64,000 nt of DNA, from contig OZ255836.1 of assembly GCA_965277715.1 (NCBI GenBank), forward strand, positions 2,016,001 to 2,080,000, given 5' to 3'. Under the pieces are notes generated by a model. That model saw nothing but the letters and a program-made list of their open reading frames with translations, did not search any database and had not been told where the DNA came from. Shown here in pieces: positions 50,877 to 61,571 of the stretch (its first letter is position 1; every line of letters starts with the position of its first letter). A program made the translations under genes and the position numbers. The DNA is from Gammaproteobacteria bacterium. Lineage in GTDB: Bacteria; Pseudomonadota; Gammaproteobacteria; JBCCGL01.

Positions 50877-52403
50877 ATGAAACAAACGCTACAACTCAAA
50901 ATTGGTCAGCAACTGGCCATGACGCCTCAGTTGCAACAGGCAATACGCCTGTTGCAACTCTCCACTCTCGAACTGCAAACTGAAATACAAGAAGCCCTTG
51001 AAGCCAACCCAATGCTCGAAGCCCAGGACGAGGCGCAAAACCAGGCACACGATACAGGCGACGACAAAATCGATAGCGCCCCAAGTGACGCATCGACAGG
51101 TGCAAACACTGAAAACCGCGAAGCCACAAGCGAGGATCAGGAGCCAGGCCCACAAGACCTGGGGCAAAACAACGACACAATCCCCGATGAGCTGCCGGTG
51201 GACAGTGGTTGGGATGATATTTACGAACCCGCCTACACCAGCACGGCACAAAGTAGCAGCGAATCGACCCGCGACTTCACCGAATACCACAGCGATGGCG
51301 ACATTTCACTGCGCGATCACCTATTGGAACAGATTAACCTGCGACCACTCAGTGAGAAAGACACTGCAATCGCTGAGGCACTGATCGATGCCATTGATGC
51401 CAACGGTTACCTGACCGAAAACCTTGAGGATATTCTGCAAGGGCTGAATCGCGGTATCAACGACCCCGCTGATATTAACGAGCACGATGAAATCGAGGCG
51501 ATAATGCGCCTGATTCAACAGCTTGACCCGCAAGGGTGTGGCGCACGCGATGCGAGCGAGTGCATGCTGCTGCAGCTACAACAAATGGCGCCCACCACCA
51601 AAGGCCTACAGGACGCACTGCTGATTGTCAGCCAACACCTCCCGCTGCTGGCTGCGCACGATTACGCAAAACTAAAACGACACACCAGGCTCAATGATGA
51701 AGCCCTGTTTACTGCCGTTTCGCTGATCAAGTCACTCAACCCGCGCCCCGGCAATAAAATCATCTCAGGTGACCCGCAATACATTGTTCCCGATGTGTTT
51801 GTGCACAAAGACAAAGGTCTCTGGCGAGTTGAACTAAACCCGGATATCGCCCCCAAAATTGGTATTAACCAGCTCTACTCAGGCATGATTAAACGCGCCG
51901 ATAAAAGTGAAGACAACACCTTTCTGCGCAATCATTTACAGGAGGCCCGCTGGTTTATTAAGAGTCTGCAGAGCCGTAACGAAACACTGCTGCGGGTAGC
52001 CACTGCTATCGTCGCCCGTCAACGGGGGTTTCTCGAATACGGTGAAGAGGCGATGAAACCCATGGTGCTGCGCGACATTGCCGAGCAACTGGAAATGCAC
52101 GAATCGACTATCTCGCGGGTTACCACGCAAAAGTTTATGCACACGCCCCGTGGCATTTTCGAATTCAAGTACTTTTTCTCCAGCCACGTTACCACGACCG
52201 CTGGGGGTGAGTGTTCAGCCACCGCGATTCGTGCAATGATACGCAAGCTGATCGATGCAGAAAGCGCACAAAAGCCACTTAGCGATAGCAAAATTGCCAG
52301 CATACTGGTTGATAGCGGCATTAATGTGGCCCGCCGTACCGTGGCCAAATACCGCGAGGGGATGACCATCCCCCCTTCTAACGAGCGCAAGCGGTTAAGC
52401 TGA
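50877..52403 (+). CDS. rpoN: RNA polymerase sigma-54 factor
   Basis: MTPQLQQAIRLLQL, HESTISR and the ARRTVAKYRE RpoN box. Confidence 0.98.
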   Translation: MKQTLQLKIGQQLAMTPQLQQAIRLLQLSTLELQTEIQEALEANPMLEAQDEAQNQAHDTGDDKIDSAPSDASTGANTENREATSEDQEPGPQDLGQNNDTIPDELPVDSGWDDIYEPAYTSTAQSSSESTRDFTEYHSDGDISLRDHLLEQINLRPLSEKDTAIAEALIDAIDANGYLTENLEDILQGLNRGINDPADINEHDEIEAIMRLIQQLDPQGCGARDASECMLLQLQQMAPTTKGLQDALLIVSQHLPLLAAHDYAKLKRHTRLNDEALFTAVSLIKSLNPRPGNKIISGDPQYIVPDVFVHKDKGLWRVELNPDIAPKIGINQLYSGMIKRADKSEDNTFLRNHLQEARWFIKSLQSRNETLLRVATAIVARQRGFLEYGEEAMKPMVLRDIAEQLEMHESTISRVTTQKFMHTPRGIFEFKYFFSSHVTTTAGGECSATAIRAMIRKLIDAESAQKPLSDSKIASILVDSGINVARRTVAKYREGMTIPPSNERKRLS

Positions 52404-52620
52404 TTAAGCTATACAAATAAACAATTTTTTGGCCACACTATTACGTGGCTATTTTCGCCAGTTCAGCGACAATGAGGGTTTGAAATATACCGATGATACA
52501 CAACCAAACAACTTGGCCTGGAGGTACCCTGTAGTACATTATTATCGGCTGTCACCGACAAATATCGCGTATTTCAAACTCACTGTGTGCGGGTACTGGC
52601 ATCAACATGAGGAGGAAAGT

Positions 52621-52947
52621 ATGAATCTGACAGTTACAGGCCGTCACCTTGATGTGACACCCTCGCTAAAACATTATATTGGCGAAAAAATGGATAGGCT
52701 TGAACGACACTTTGACAACGTCACCGACATACGCGTGATTCTTAGCGTGGAAAAACTCCGGCAAAAAGTAGAGGCGACGATTAACCTGAGCGGTGGTAAA
52801 ATACACGCCGAAACAGTAGATAACGATATGTATGCGGCGATTGATTTACTAACCGATAAGCTTGACCGGCAGGTTATTAAATACAAAGAAAAAACCAAGG
52901 ATCACCATCGCAGAGAAAAAATCGCCGAAGAATTGTTATCCGAGTAA
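52621..52947 (+). CDS. hpf: Ribosome hibernation promoting factor
   Basis: MNLTVTGRHLDVT and DMYAAID...DKL.RQ; GAGGAGG RBS. Confidence 0.95.
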   Translation: MNLTVTGRHLDVTPSLKHYIGEKMDRLERHFDNVTDIRVILSVEKLRQKVEATINLSGGKIHAETVDNDMYAAIDLLTDKLDRQVIKYKEKTKDHHRREKIAEELLSE

Positions 52948-52969
52948 TTAAAAATACACAACCATCGCC

Positions 52970-52998
52970 ATCCTGGTGGCACCATTACCCACCAGGAT
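52970..52998 (+). other. 10-bp stem hairpin between hpf and ptsN
   Basis: ATCCTGGTGG/CCACCAGGAT with no U-tract; could be a stabiliser or weak terminator. Confidence 0.5.
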
Positions 52999-53048
52999 AG
53001 CGTTTACCCTCTAACAATGATCAACATCGTTATTCAAACACCCCTCTT

Positions 53049-53510
53049 ATGATTGACATCGCCTCACTGCTCCACCCCGGTAGAATCCTCTGTCAACACA
53101 CTGGCAGCAGCAAGAAAAAGATACTGGAAACCGTGAGTGGGCTGTTGGGAAAATGCCTGCCAGACGATATAGGGCAAACCCTGTTCGAGGCGCTGCTAAA
53201 GCGTGAGCGACTGGGGAGCACAGGTCTGGGGATGGGCATTGCCCTGCCACACGGTAGAATTGCAACACTGCAAAGCCCACTCGCCGCAGTCGTCACGCTA
53301 CGATCCGGTGTCGACTTCGATGCGCTTGATGGCGCACCGGTGAATATCGTCTTCGCGCTGGCAATGCCGGAAAACTGTGATAATCAACACCTAAAGATCC
53401 TCGCTGGCCTGGCCGAGATGTTCAGCGATCCGGTTTTGTGCGAAACGCTGCGCAGTGCCGGATCGGCAACAGACATCTATCAGCGGCTAAGCCACTGGCA
53501 AACAGGCTGA
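53049..53510 (+). CDS. ptsN: PTS EIIA(Ntr)
   Basis: RERLGSTGLG.GIALPHGR. Confidence 0.93.
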   Translation: MIDIASLLHPGRILCQHTGSSKKKILETVSGLLGKCLPDDIGQTLFEALLKRERLGSTGLGMGIALPHGRIATLQSPLAAVVTLRSGVDFDALDGAPVNIVFALAMPENCDNQHLKILAGLAEMFSDPVLCETLRSAGSATDIYQRLSHWQTG

Positions 53511-53542
53511 GCCTTAATGCACCACACCACTAAGCCAAGCCA

Positions 53543-54484
53543 TTGAGCACTTCACTCACCGTCGAATCGCTGTTTAATGCACAAACCAGTGCTTTAAACT
53601 TAGCGTGGGTTGCTGGAAAAATCGCCGCCAACCGGGAAATCGGTCGCAATCAGATCCGTGGCAAACGCCCATCATTGATTGGTTACCTGAACCTAATTCG
53701 CCCCAATCGCATCCAGATTGTCGGCATCCCGGAATTCCACTACCTGCAAGCGCACGGCCTGCATGTCGATGCAGGCGAGGTGTGTCAACTGTTCCAAAAC
53801 GACAGCAATATCATTATATTCAGCGACGCTCAGGACATCCCCGAGAACTACTATCGCCTGGCTGACCAGCACCAGGTGGCCCTGATGCACACCCCGCTGC
53901 CAGGGCATGAACTCATCAGCTCACTACAGCACTTTATCGCCCAGAGCCTCGCCGAGCGCATGACCCTGCACGGCGTATTTATGGATGTGCTCGGCATCGG
54001 TGTATTAATCACAGGTGACAGCAGTGTGGGCAAGAGCGAGCTGGCCCTGGAGCTGGTTACACGCGGCCACAGCCTGGTTGCCGACGATGCGCCCGAGTTC
54101 ACCCGCATTGCGCACCATACACTGGAGGGTAGCTGTCCACCGATACTGCGCGACCTTCTCGAAGTACGTGGCCTGGGAATCCTCAACATTCACAAAATGT
54201 ACGGTGATTCGAGTACACGCTATCGAAAGATCATCAAATTAATCGTCCATCTCCACCCTATCAACAGTCAAAAAATGCCCGCCTATGACCGGCTCTCAGG
54301 CGCACAGGGCATCACCACCATACTCGATGTACCGATTACCCGTATTACCATTCCGGTAGCCCCTGGTCGCAACCTGGCGGTATTGGTCGAGGCCGGTGTG
54401 CGCAATTATCTACTGCGCAAGGACGGTTACAATGCCGGTGAGCACCTTATCGACCGGCAGGCAAAAGCCCTGCGTGCGCCATGA
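53543..54484 (+). CDS. hprK: HPr kinase/phosphorylase
   Basis: HGV, GDSSVGKSELAL, LVADD, LEVRGLG and PGRNLA. Confidence 0.95.
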   Translation: MSTSLTVESLFNAQTSALNLAWVAGKIAANREIGRNQIRGKRPSLIGYLNLIRPNRIQIVGIPEFHYLQAHGLHVDAGEVCQLFQNDSNIIIFSDAQDIPENYYRLADQHQVALMHTPLPGHELISSLQHFIAQSLAERMTLHGVFMDVLGIGVLITGDSSVGKSELALELVTRGHSLVADDAPEFTRIAHHTLEGSCPPILRDLLEVRGLGILNIHKMYGDSSTRYRKIIKLIVHLHPINSQKMPAYDRLSGAQGITTILDVPITRITIPVAPGRNLAVLVEAGVRNYLLRKDGYNAGEHLIDRQAKALRAP

Positions 54485-55338
54485 AACTCACCATCGTTAG
54501 CGGTCTGTCCGGCTCCGGCAAAAGTGTCGCCCTGCACACACTGGAAGATGAGGGGTATTATTGCATTGATAACCTGCCCGCCAGCCTATTGCCCGATCTA
54601 ATGGGCCAATTGCACAACGCGCAGCTAACACTTTACGAACACATCGCGGTGGGGCTTGACGCACGTAGCGAATCCCGCGATTTACAGGTATTTCCCAGGG
54701 TATTACAGCAACTGCGGGATGCCGGCATAACAGTGGAGATTCTGTTTTTACAAACACACACAGAGACACTGATTCGTCGCTTTAGCGAGACCCGCCGCAA
54801 ACACCCCCTATCCAGTCATCAACAACCGTTGGTTGCCGCTATAGAAATGGAAAAACACCTGCTGGCTGAACTAATCGACCAGGCTGATATGATTATTGAT
54901 ACGACCCGGCTCAACCTGCACCAGTTGCGCCAGCAAATCGCCCGCGTCGTTGTCGGGCAGCGCAATAACAGCATGTCATTGTTGTTTCAGTCGTTCGGTT
55001 TTAAATACGGGCTGCCGGGTGATAGTGACTTTGTTTTCGATGCCCGCTGTTTACCCAATCCACACTGGGACCTGACCCTACGGGCAAAAACCGGGCGCGA
55101 CAAAGCCGTTATCGATTTCCTGCAACAGCACGAAACCGTTGAACAGATGTTCAATTCGGTGCACGGTTTTCTCAATACCTGGATACCTACTTTCAACGCA
55201 GAGAATAGGGCTTATTTGACGGTCTCGATCGGTTGTACCGGTGGCCAACACCGATCTGTGTACATGGTCGAGCGTTTGTATCACACATTTTCCGTACAGG
55301 CAGACAATGTTTTACTGCGCCACCGCGAGCTCGGTTAA
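54481..55338 (+). CDS. rapZ: RNase adapter RapZ
   Basis: SGLSGSGKS, SFGFKYG and GCTGGQHRS. Confidence 0.96.
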   Translation: MKLTIVSGLSGSGKSVALHTLEDEGYYCIDNLPASLLPDLMGQLHNAQLTLYEHIAVGLDARSESRDLQVFPRVLQQLRDAGITVEILFLQTHTETLIRRFSETRRKHPLSSHQQPLVAAIEMEKHLLAELIDQADMIIDTTRLNLHQLRQQIARVVVGQRNNSMSLLFQSFGFKYGLPGDSDFVFDARCLPNPHWDLTLRAKTGRDKAVIDFLQQHETVEQMFNSVHGFLNTWIPTFNAENRAYLTVSIGCTGGQHRSVYMVERLYHTFSVQADNVLLRHRELG

Positions 55339-55361
55339 CACCTTAGAGCAATAGACATACC

Positions 55362-55631
55362 ATGAAATCGAGCGAAATAGAGATCATCAACAAACTCGGC
55401 CTGCACGCACGCGCAGCCGCCAAGCTGGTCAAACTATGCGCTGAATTCAGTAGCGAAATACACATTGGCACGCCCGGTAAAATGGTCAATGGCAAAAGCA
55501 TTATGGGGATAATGATGTTGGCAGCGGCAAAAGGCACAACGCTGACTGTCAGCGCCCAGGGTAACGATGAAGACATGGCCCACGATGCCTTGTGCAAGCT
55601 GATTGAAGCGCGTTTTGGTGAAGATGAATAA
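55362..55631 (+). CDS. ptsH: Phosphocarrier HPr/NPr
   Basis: GLHARAA (His15) and GKSIMG (Ser46). Confidence 0.93.
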   Translation: MKSSEIEIINKLGLHARAAAKLVKLCAEFSSEIHIGTPGKMVNGKSIMGIMMLAAAKGTTLTVSAQGNDEDMAHDALCKLIEARFGEDE

Positions 55632-55697
55632 CAACCCTCACTCAATTTATTACGGCGGGCCTGTTACGGCACAGGCGATACCCCTGGTGCAACCATC

Positions 55698-57452
55698 GTG
55701 AGCCTACTGTTTAATGGCCTCGGTGTTTCCCGTGGCATCGCGATTGGCCGGGTACACCACCTGCAGCGCGATGAAATCGAAATCGATGAAATACACCTGG
55801 CATCGCAAAATATCCCCGCTGAAATTGCCCGCTTCAAACGGGCCGTCGACACGGCTAAACAACAACTGCACGACATTTGTAACAACATCCCGCTCACGCT
55901 GAATGTAGAGATCAGCGCCTTTATCGAAACCCACCTGTTGATGCTCGACGACGACATGCTCGCCGAGGGCACGACACATATTATTCAGGATAGGCAATGC
56001 AACGCCGAGTGGGCACTCAAACTACAAATGGAAACCATCGGGCAGGTTTTTGATGCCATGGAAGACGACTATCTGGCCACACGCAAAGACGATATCAGCC
56101 ACGTTATTCAACGCATATTGCGCGCCCTGCACAATACTGAAACACCGTGCCATGAGAACAACCCGCAAACCTGGCAGGGGCAAATCGTCCTCGCCGATGA
56201 CCTGACACCAGCGGACACTATTCTTATGCAACATCACGGTGTCGCCGGGTTTGTCACCGAATCGGGTGGCCCCTTGTCACACACGGCGATACTCGCACGC
56301 AGCCTGAATATCCCCGCGATTGTCGGCCTGCACAGCGCACAGCGTTACATTCGCGACGGGGAGACCGTCATTGTCGATGGCACACTCGGCCTGTTACTGG
56401 CGGAGCCCAGTGAAACCGCCATCACCCACTTCACCGATAAAAAGAACCGTTACCTGCGCCAGCGACGGGCGCTCAACCACCTCAAGAGCGCACCGGCCAT
56501 CACCCTCTGTGGTGTCGATATTACCCTGCAAACAAATATCGAAACAGAGGAGGACGTACGCGCACTCAAACGCGTTAATGCGAGCGGTGTCGGCCTGTAC
56601 CGTACCGAATTTTTATACATGAACCGCCAGCACCTGCCCAGTGAGGAGGAACACTACAAAAATTACCTGAAAATTGTGCGCGCCCTCAAAGGCGCGCCAT
56701 TGACCATACGCACTGTTGACATTGGTGCCGACAAAGAAATTCAAACAGAAAAAACCGGGGTACTCACACACAACCCCGCACTCGGGCTGCGGGGTGTGCG
56801 CCGCTGCCTGAATGAACCTGACATTTTTATACCGCAGCTACGGGCTATTTTGCGCGCTTCAGCCAAGGGACCAATCAATATATTATTTCCCATGCTGACC
56901 AACATCGATGAAGTTGTGCAGTTGCGTCGCTTAATCGACACGACCAGGCAGGCACTGCACGAAGAGGGATACAAGTACGATAAAAATATTCCACTGGGTG
57001 GTATGATCGAAGTGCCCGCTGCCGCAATAGTGGTTTCACAGTTTGCGCAGCACCTCGATTTTATTTCAATTGGCACCAACGACCTGATTCAATACACACT
57101 GGCCATCGACCGGACTGATGATCAGGTTAATTACCTCTACGACCCCTTGCACCCCGCCGTCCTCGGTTTGATCGCCTCAATCATTAAAGCGGGAAACAGC
57201 GCTAACATCCCGGTTTCAATGTGTGGGGAAATGGCCGGTGACACACGTTATACACGGTTACTGCTGGCATTGGGGCTGCGTAACTTTAGTATGCCTGCAA
57301 ACTCTGTACTGGAAGTAAAAAGTGTCATCAACGGTAGTAATATTGCACACCTTGGTCGAAAGGCACGCAAAATTGCCAACTGTGCCAATCCGCTGGAACA
57401 AAGCCAGTTACTGGACAAACTCAATAGCGGCTGTGATGTGCTGGCGATCTGA
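55698..57452 (+). CDS. ptsI: PEP-protein phosphotransferase (enzyme I, no GAF)
   Basis: SHTAILAR, GLYRTEF, GTNDLIQY and CGEMAGD. Confidence 0.95.
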   Translation: MSLLFNGLGVSRGIAIGRVHHLQRDEIEIDEIHLASQNIPAEIARFKRAVDTAKQQLHDICNNIPLTLNVEISAFIETHLLMLDDDMLAEGTTHIIQDRQCNAEWALKLQMETIGQVFDAMEDDYLATRKDDISHVIQRILRALHNTETPCHENNPQTWQGQIVLADDLTPADTILMQHHGVAGFVTESGGPLSHTAILARSLNIPAIVGLHSAQRYIRDGETVIVDGTLGLLLAEPSETAITHFTDKKNRYLRQRRALNHLKSAPAITLCGVDITLQTNIETEEDVRALKRVNASGVGLYRTEFLYMNRQHLPSEEEHYKNYLKIVRALKGAPLTIRTVDIGADKEIQTEKTGVLTHNPALGLRGVRRCLNEPDIFIPQLRAILRASAKGPINILFPMLTNIDEVVQLRRLIDTTRQALHEEGYKYDKNIPLGGMIEVPAAAIVVSQFAQHLDFISIGTNDLIQYTLAIDRTDDQVNYLYDPLHPAVLGLIASIIKAGNSANIPVSMCGEMAGDTRYTRLLLALGLRNFSMPANSVLEVKSVINGSNIAHLGRKARKIANCANPLEQSQLLDKLNSGCDVLAI

Positions 57453-57457
57453 AGCCA

Positions 57458-58819
57458 ATGTCTGAACCAACCAGAATCATCCAAACAGACGAGCACCTGA
57501 CCGAGCTGTCAAGAATTCTCGAAAGCGGTACGATTTCCGCCGCCAAGCGTTTGATGAACGCATTACACCCCGCTGAAATTGCCGACCTTTTAGAATCACT
57601 GCCGCAATCACAGCGCATGCTGTTGTGGGAGATTGTCGATGACCAGATAGAGGGTGACATCCTGCTGGAAGTTGGCGATGAAGTGCGTGGCACGCTACTG
57701 CGCACCCTGGAGGTCGGTGAAATCCGCGCTATTACAGAAAGCCTTGACCTCGATGATCTCGCTGATTTTGTCCAATCATTACCCGACAAACTCATCGATG
57801 AAACCCTGCAGGGCATGGACAAACAAAACCGGCAACGCTTAGACACTGTACTCTCCTACCCTGAAGACAGTGCCGGTGGTTTAATGAACCTCGATACTGT
57901 CACAGTACGCGCCGATGTGACCCTCGATGTCGTGCTGCGCTATCTGCGCCTCAAAGGCGAGCTGCCTCAACACACCGACCGTTTGATTGTCGTAGACCGT
58001 TACGACCATTACCAGGGCGTACTCGGTCTACGCCACCTGCTAACCTGCGACCCGGATACAACCGTCGCTCAGTTGATGCGGAGCAATGTGCCCCCTATTC
58101 TGGCTGATGTGCCCGCCACACAGGTTGCACGCCTGTTTGAAGATCACGACCTGATATCGGCCGCTGTTGTCGATAACACCGGCAAGTTACTCGGGCGCAT
58201 CACCGTCGACGATGTGCTCGATGTCATCCGCGACGAGGCAGAACAATCCCTGCTCAGCATGGCGGGGCTAAACCAGGAGGATGACACCTTTTCCCCCGCG
58301 ATGCGCAGCGCACGCCGCCGGGCAATATGGCTCGGTGTCAACCTGGCCACCGCCCTACTCGCCGCCTGGGTGATTGGACAATTCCAGGCAACCCTCGAAG
58401 AAATTGTCGCGCTGGCCATCTTAATGCCCATCGTCGCCAGCATGGGCGGGATTGCAGGCAGTCAAACGCTGACGCTGGTTATCCGTGGACAGGCGCTGGG
58501 GCAAATAAGCCGTGCCAACACCCGCTGGTTACTCAACAAAGAACTACTGGTCTCATTAATTAACGGTGCCATCTGGGCAACCGTTGTCGCTGTGGTTGCC
58601 TTCTGTTGGTTTGGCGACTACCGAATCGGCCTGATTATTGGCATAGCCCTGGTAATCAACCTATTGTTTGCCACACTCTCCGGTGTATTTATTCCTCTGC
58701 TATTACGCGGCCTGCACATCGACCCGGCACTGGCAGGCGGCGTGATACTCACAACCATTACAGACGTGGTTGGTTTCGTGGCTTTTCTGGGGCTGGCGAG
58801 CTTATTCTTACTCGGCTAA
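57458..58819 (+). CDS. mgtE: Magnesium transporter MgtE
   Basis: YPEDSAGGLM, CBS pair, MGG.AG.Q and DPALA....TT.TD. Confidence 0.96.
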   Translation: MSEPTRIIQTDEHLTELSRILESGTISAAKRLMNALHPAEIADLLESLPQSQRMLLWEIVDDQIEGDILLEVGDEVRGTLLRTLEVGEIRAITESLDLDDLADFVQSLPDKLIDETLQGMDKQNRQRLDTVLSYPEDSAGGLMNLDTVTVRADVTLDVVLRYLRLKGELPQHTDRLIVVDRYDHYQGVLGLRHLLTCDPDTTVAQLMRSNVPPILADVPATQVARLFEDHDLISAAVVDNTGKLLGRITVDDVLDVIRDEAEQSLLSMAGLNQEDDTFSPAMRSARRRAIWLGVNLATALLAAWVIGQFQATLEEIVALAILMPIVASMGGIAGSQTLTLVIRGQALGQISRANTRWLLNKELLVSLINGAIWATVVAVVAFCWFGDYRIGLIIGIALVINLLFATLSGVFIPLLLRGLHIDPALAGGVILTTITDVVGFVAFLGLASLFLLG

Positions 58820-58847
58820 GGACCAAGAGGCAATAATCGACAGAGAG

Positions 58848-58856
58848 TTATCCACA
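58848..58856 (+). promoter_or_regulatory. DnaA box upstream of nrdJ
   Basis: Perfect TTATCCACA; a 1-mismatch TTACCCACA lies at 58992-59000. Confidence 0.6.
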
Positions 58857-59105
58857 GACTGGAAAATATTTTCCCAAACAGCGTATATTTCACTAATAGT
58901 CAAATATCTCATAGGCTTATAACTAAAGAAAATAAATTATCTATAGCTTATAAAAATGTTGTCATAGTGTTTTACACACAAACACAGGTAGTTACCCACA
59001 GCACACAGTGGTTGCTTACCAAGCAGCGCTTGACGGTCAGTTCTGAGTACCGATAATTAAGAAAAATTGCCGATGGGTGGGTCAAGATAAGATTCACATT
59101 ATCAA

Positions 59106-59153
59106 ACACATTATGTTGTGTTTCATCGCCTTTTAGACTACCTTATGTGGTGT
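59106..59153. promoter_or_regulatory. Tandem NrdR boxes
   Basis: ACACATTATGTTGTGT (59106) and CTACCTTATGTGGTGT (59138), starts 32 bp apart, compared with acaCwAtATaTwGtgt. Confidence 0.75.
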
Positions 59154-59340
59154 TTGGTGCAGCCGCACTCTAACGCACTCAAAAGATAGAAGAGACACGA
59201 AAAACCCCCTACGGGGCAGCCCAAAGAAACACTCTCATGCCTTGTTACTCACTTCTATTGTCGAAATACACTGTGGCAAACAGCCGCATATAAACAATCG
59301 CCGTGAGTTGTATAAAACACAGCCGGTGTGGAATTAATGT

Positions 59341-61506
59341 ATGAAAAATGGCAATTTAATTGCAATCAGCTCCAATAAAACAGCTTCACAGTTTGAACAC
59401 GTCCCTCTACAGGCGGCATCGCTGGATATATGGGACAAGAAATACCGACTAAAATCACGCGACGGTGAGGTTATTGACGTTGACATCGACGGTTCTTATC
59501 AGCGCATTGCACGCGCCCTATCCGATGTGGAGGCACGCCCGGAATTACAGGCTGAATGGTATGAAAAGTTTCTGTGGGCATTGCGCCATGGTGTTATTCC
59601 GGCAGGCCGCATCGTATCCAATGCGGGTGCAATGGCACATAAACCGGCAACATCGACCATCAACTGTACAGTATCCGGTACGATTGAAGACTCTATGGAC
59701 GATATTCTTAACAAAGTCCACGAAGCCGGACTAACCCTCAAGGCAGGCTGTGGTATCGGCTATGATTTTTCTACCCTGCGCCCTAAAGGGGCCTATGTTT
59801 CAGGTGCTGGCGCGCACACATCGGGACCGCTGTCCTTTATGGATATCTACGACCGTATGTGTTTCACCGTATCCAGCGCGGGGGGGCGCCGTGGTGCACA
59901 AATGGGCACGTTTGATGTACGCCACCCGGACGTACTCGATTTTATCCGCGCCAAACGTGAAGATGGTCGCCTCAGGCAATTCAACCTGTCACTACTGATT
60001 ACCGAAGATTTCATTCAAGCGGTTAAACAGGATGCCGATTGGCAACTCGCCTTCCCAATACAATCCAGTGAAGCCGATGAAGACGACAGCCTGTTGAAAA
60101 GTGACCGCATCATCTGGCGTGAATGGCCAACGCACAAAGGCCTGGTACTCAACGAGACCGGGCTGGTCGCGTGTAAAGTATTCACCCGTATTCGTGCGCA
60201 ACGGTTGTGGGATGTCATCATGTCATCCACCTACGACTATGCCGAGCCGGGTTTTATCCTGATTGATAAAGTCAACGAAATGAACAACAACTGGTTTTGT
60301 GAAGACATTCGCGCAACCAATCCCTGTGGAGAACAGCCTCTACCACCTTACGGTTCATGCCTGCTCGGTTCGATCAACCTCACCCGCTTTGTACAACACC
60401 CATTTACCGAGCACGCCCGCTTCGATTGGGATAACTACCGCAAAGTCGTCGCAATCTTCACCCGCATGCTGGACAATGTTGTCGAAATTAATGGCTTGCC
60501 ACTGGCAGGGCAAAGCGATGAAATTCTGCGCAAGCGTCGCCACGGCATGGGCTACCTTGGTCTGGGTTCGACGATCACCATGCTGTGCATGGCGTATGGT
60601 TCACAGGAATCACTCGAATTTACCGAACAAATCACCCGCGAGCTTGCGATTACCGGCTGGCAAACATCCCTCGACCTCGCCACTGAAAAAGGCCCAGCGC
60701 CTATTATGCTGGAAACGTTTACCGTCGATGCAGAGATGTTGCGTAAGCGCCCGGAAATGAAACGCGACGGCTACAAACTGGGGGACAAAGTGAGCGGGCG
60801 GGTATTACACGCCAAATACAGTCGCTACATGCAGCGTATCGCCGAGCAAGAACCTGAACTGGTCGAAGCCTTGGCGGAAACCGGCGCACGCTTCACGCAC
60901 CATAGCTCAATTGCTCCCACAGGCACTATTTCCCTGTCACTGGCCAATAATGCCAGCAATGGCATCGAGCCAAGCTTTGCTCATCACTATGCACGCAACG
61001 TTATTCGCGAAGGTAAAAAGAGCAAAGAAAAAGTCGATGTCTACTCGTTTGAATTACTCGCCTATCGACAATTGATCAATGCCGATGCTGCACCCAGTAG
61101 CGATGAACCAGACAATATGTTACCTCATTACTTCATCACCTCAGACGACATTAAACCCAGGCAACACGTCGACATTCAAGCGGCGGCGCAAAAATGGATC
61201 GACTCATCAATTTCAAAAACAGCCAATATCCCAACCGATTTTGCCTACGAGGATTTTAAAGAAATTTATATGTACGCCTATGAAAAAGGCCTAAAAGGGT
61301 GCACCACCTTTCGCTTCAACCCAGAGGCTTTTCAGGGCGTGCTAGTAAAGGAGGAAGACCTCAAAAACACACTGTATGAATTTCAGCTCGAAGACGGTAC
61401 AACACTCAAAGTAAAAGGCAACGAAGAGATCGAATACGATGGTGAAATTCACTCTGCCGCCAACCTCTATGATGCATTAAAAGAAGGCTATTACGGAAAA
61501 CTGTAA
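59341..61506 (+). CDS. nrdJ: Adenosylcobalamin-dependent (class II) ribonucleotide reductase, large part
   Basis: TINCTVS, RRGAQM, TNPCGEQ, IAPTGTIS and KGCTTFR; no beta-subunit gene adjacent. Confidence 0.93.
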   Translation: MKNGNLIAISSNKTASQFEHVPLQAASLDIWDKKYRLKSRDGEVIDVDIDGSYQRIARALSDVEARPELQAEWYEKFLWALRHGVIPAGRIVSNAGAMAHKPATSTINCTVSGTIEDSMDDILNKVHEAGLTLKAGCGIGYDFSTLRPKGAYVSGAGAHTSGPLSFMDIYDRMCFTVSSAGGRRGAQMGTFDVRHPDVLDFIRAKREDGRLRQFNLSLLITEDFIQAVKQDADWQLAFPIQSSEADEDDSLLKSDRIIWREWPTHKGLVLNETGLVACKVFTRIRAQRLWDVIMSSTYDYAEPGFILIDKVNEMNNNWFCEDIRATNPCGEQPLPPYGSCLLGSINLTRFVQHPFTEHARFDWDNYRKVVAIFTRMLDNVVEINGLPLAGQSDEILRKRRHGMGYLGLGSTITMLCMAYGSQESLEFTEQITRELAITGWQTSLDLATEKGPAPIMLETFTVDAEMLRKRPEMKRDGYKLGDKVSGRVLHAKYSRYMQRIAEQEPELVEALAETGARFTHHSSIAPTGTISLSLANNASNGIEPSFAHHYARNVIREGKKSKEKVDVYSFELLAYRQLINADAAPSSDEPDNMLPHYFITSDDIKPRQHVDIQAAAQKWIDSSISKTANIPTDFAYEDFKEIYMYAYEKGLKGCTTFRFNPEAFQGVLVKEEDLKNTLYEFQLEDGTTLKVKGNEEIEYDGEIHSAANLYDALKEGYYGKL

Positions 61507-61571
61507 CCTCGATATCACGATAAAATGACCCTTACAATTTCAGTTCCAGGCATAACCACAGGCACAACACC

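Noticed and set aside
52429-52620. N-terminal extension of Hpf in the ORF track
   Set aside because: The strong RBS and family start are at 52621; the extension has no homology signal.
58820-59100. Possible oriC (DnaA boxes plus AT-rich tract)
   Set aside because: Only one perfect box and no dnaA/gidA context; better explained as nrdJ regulation.
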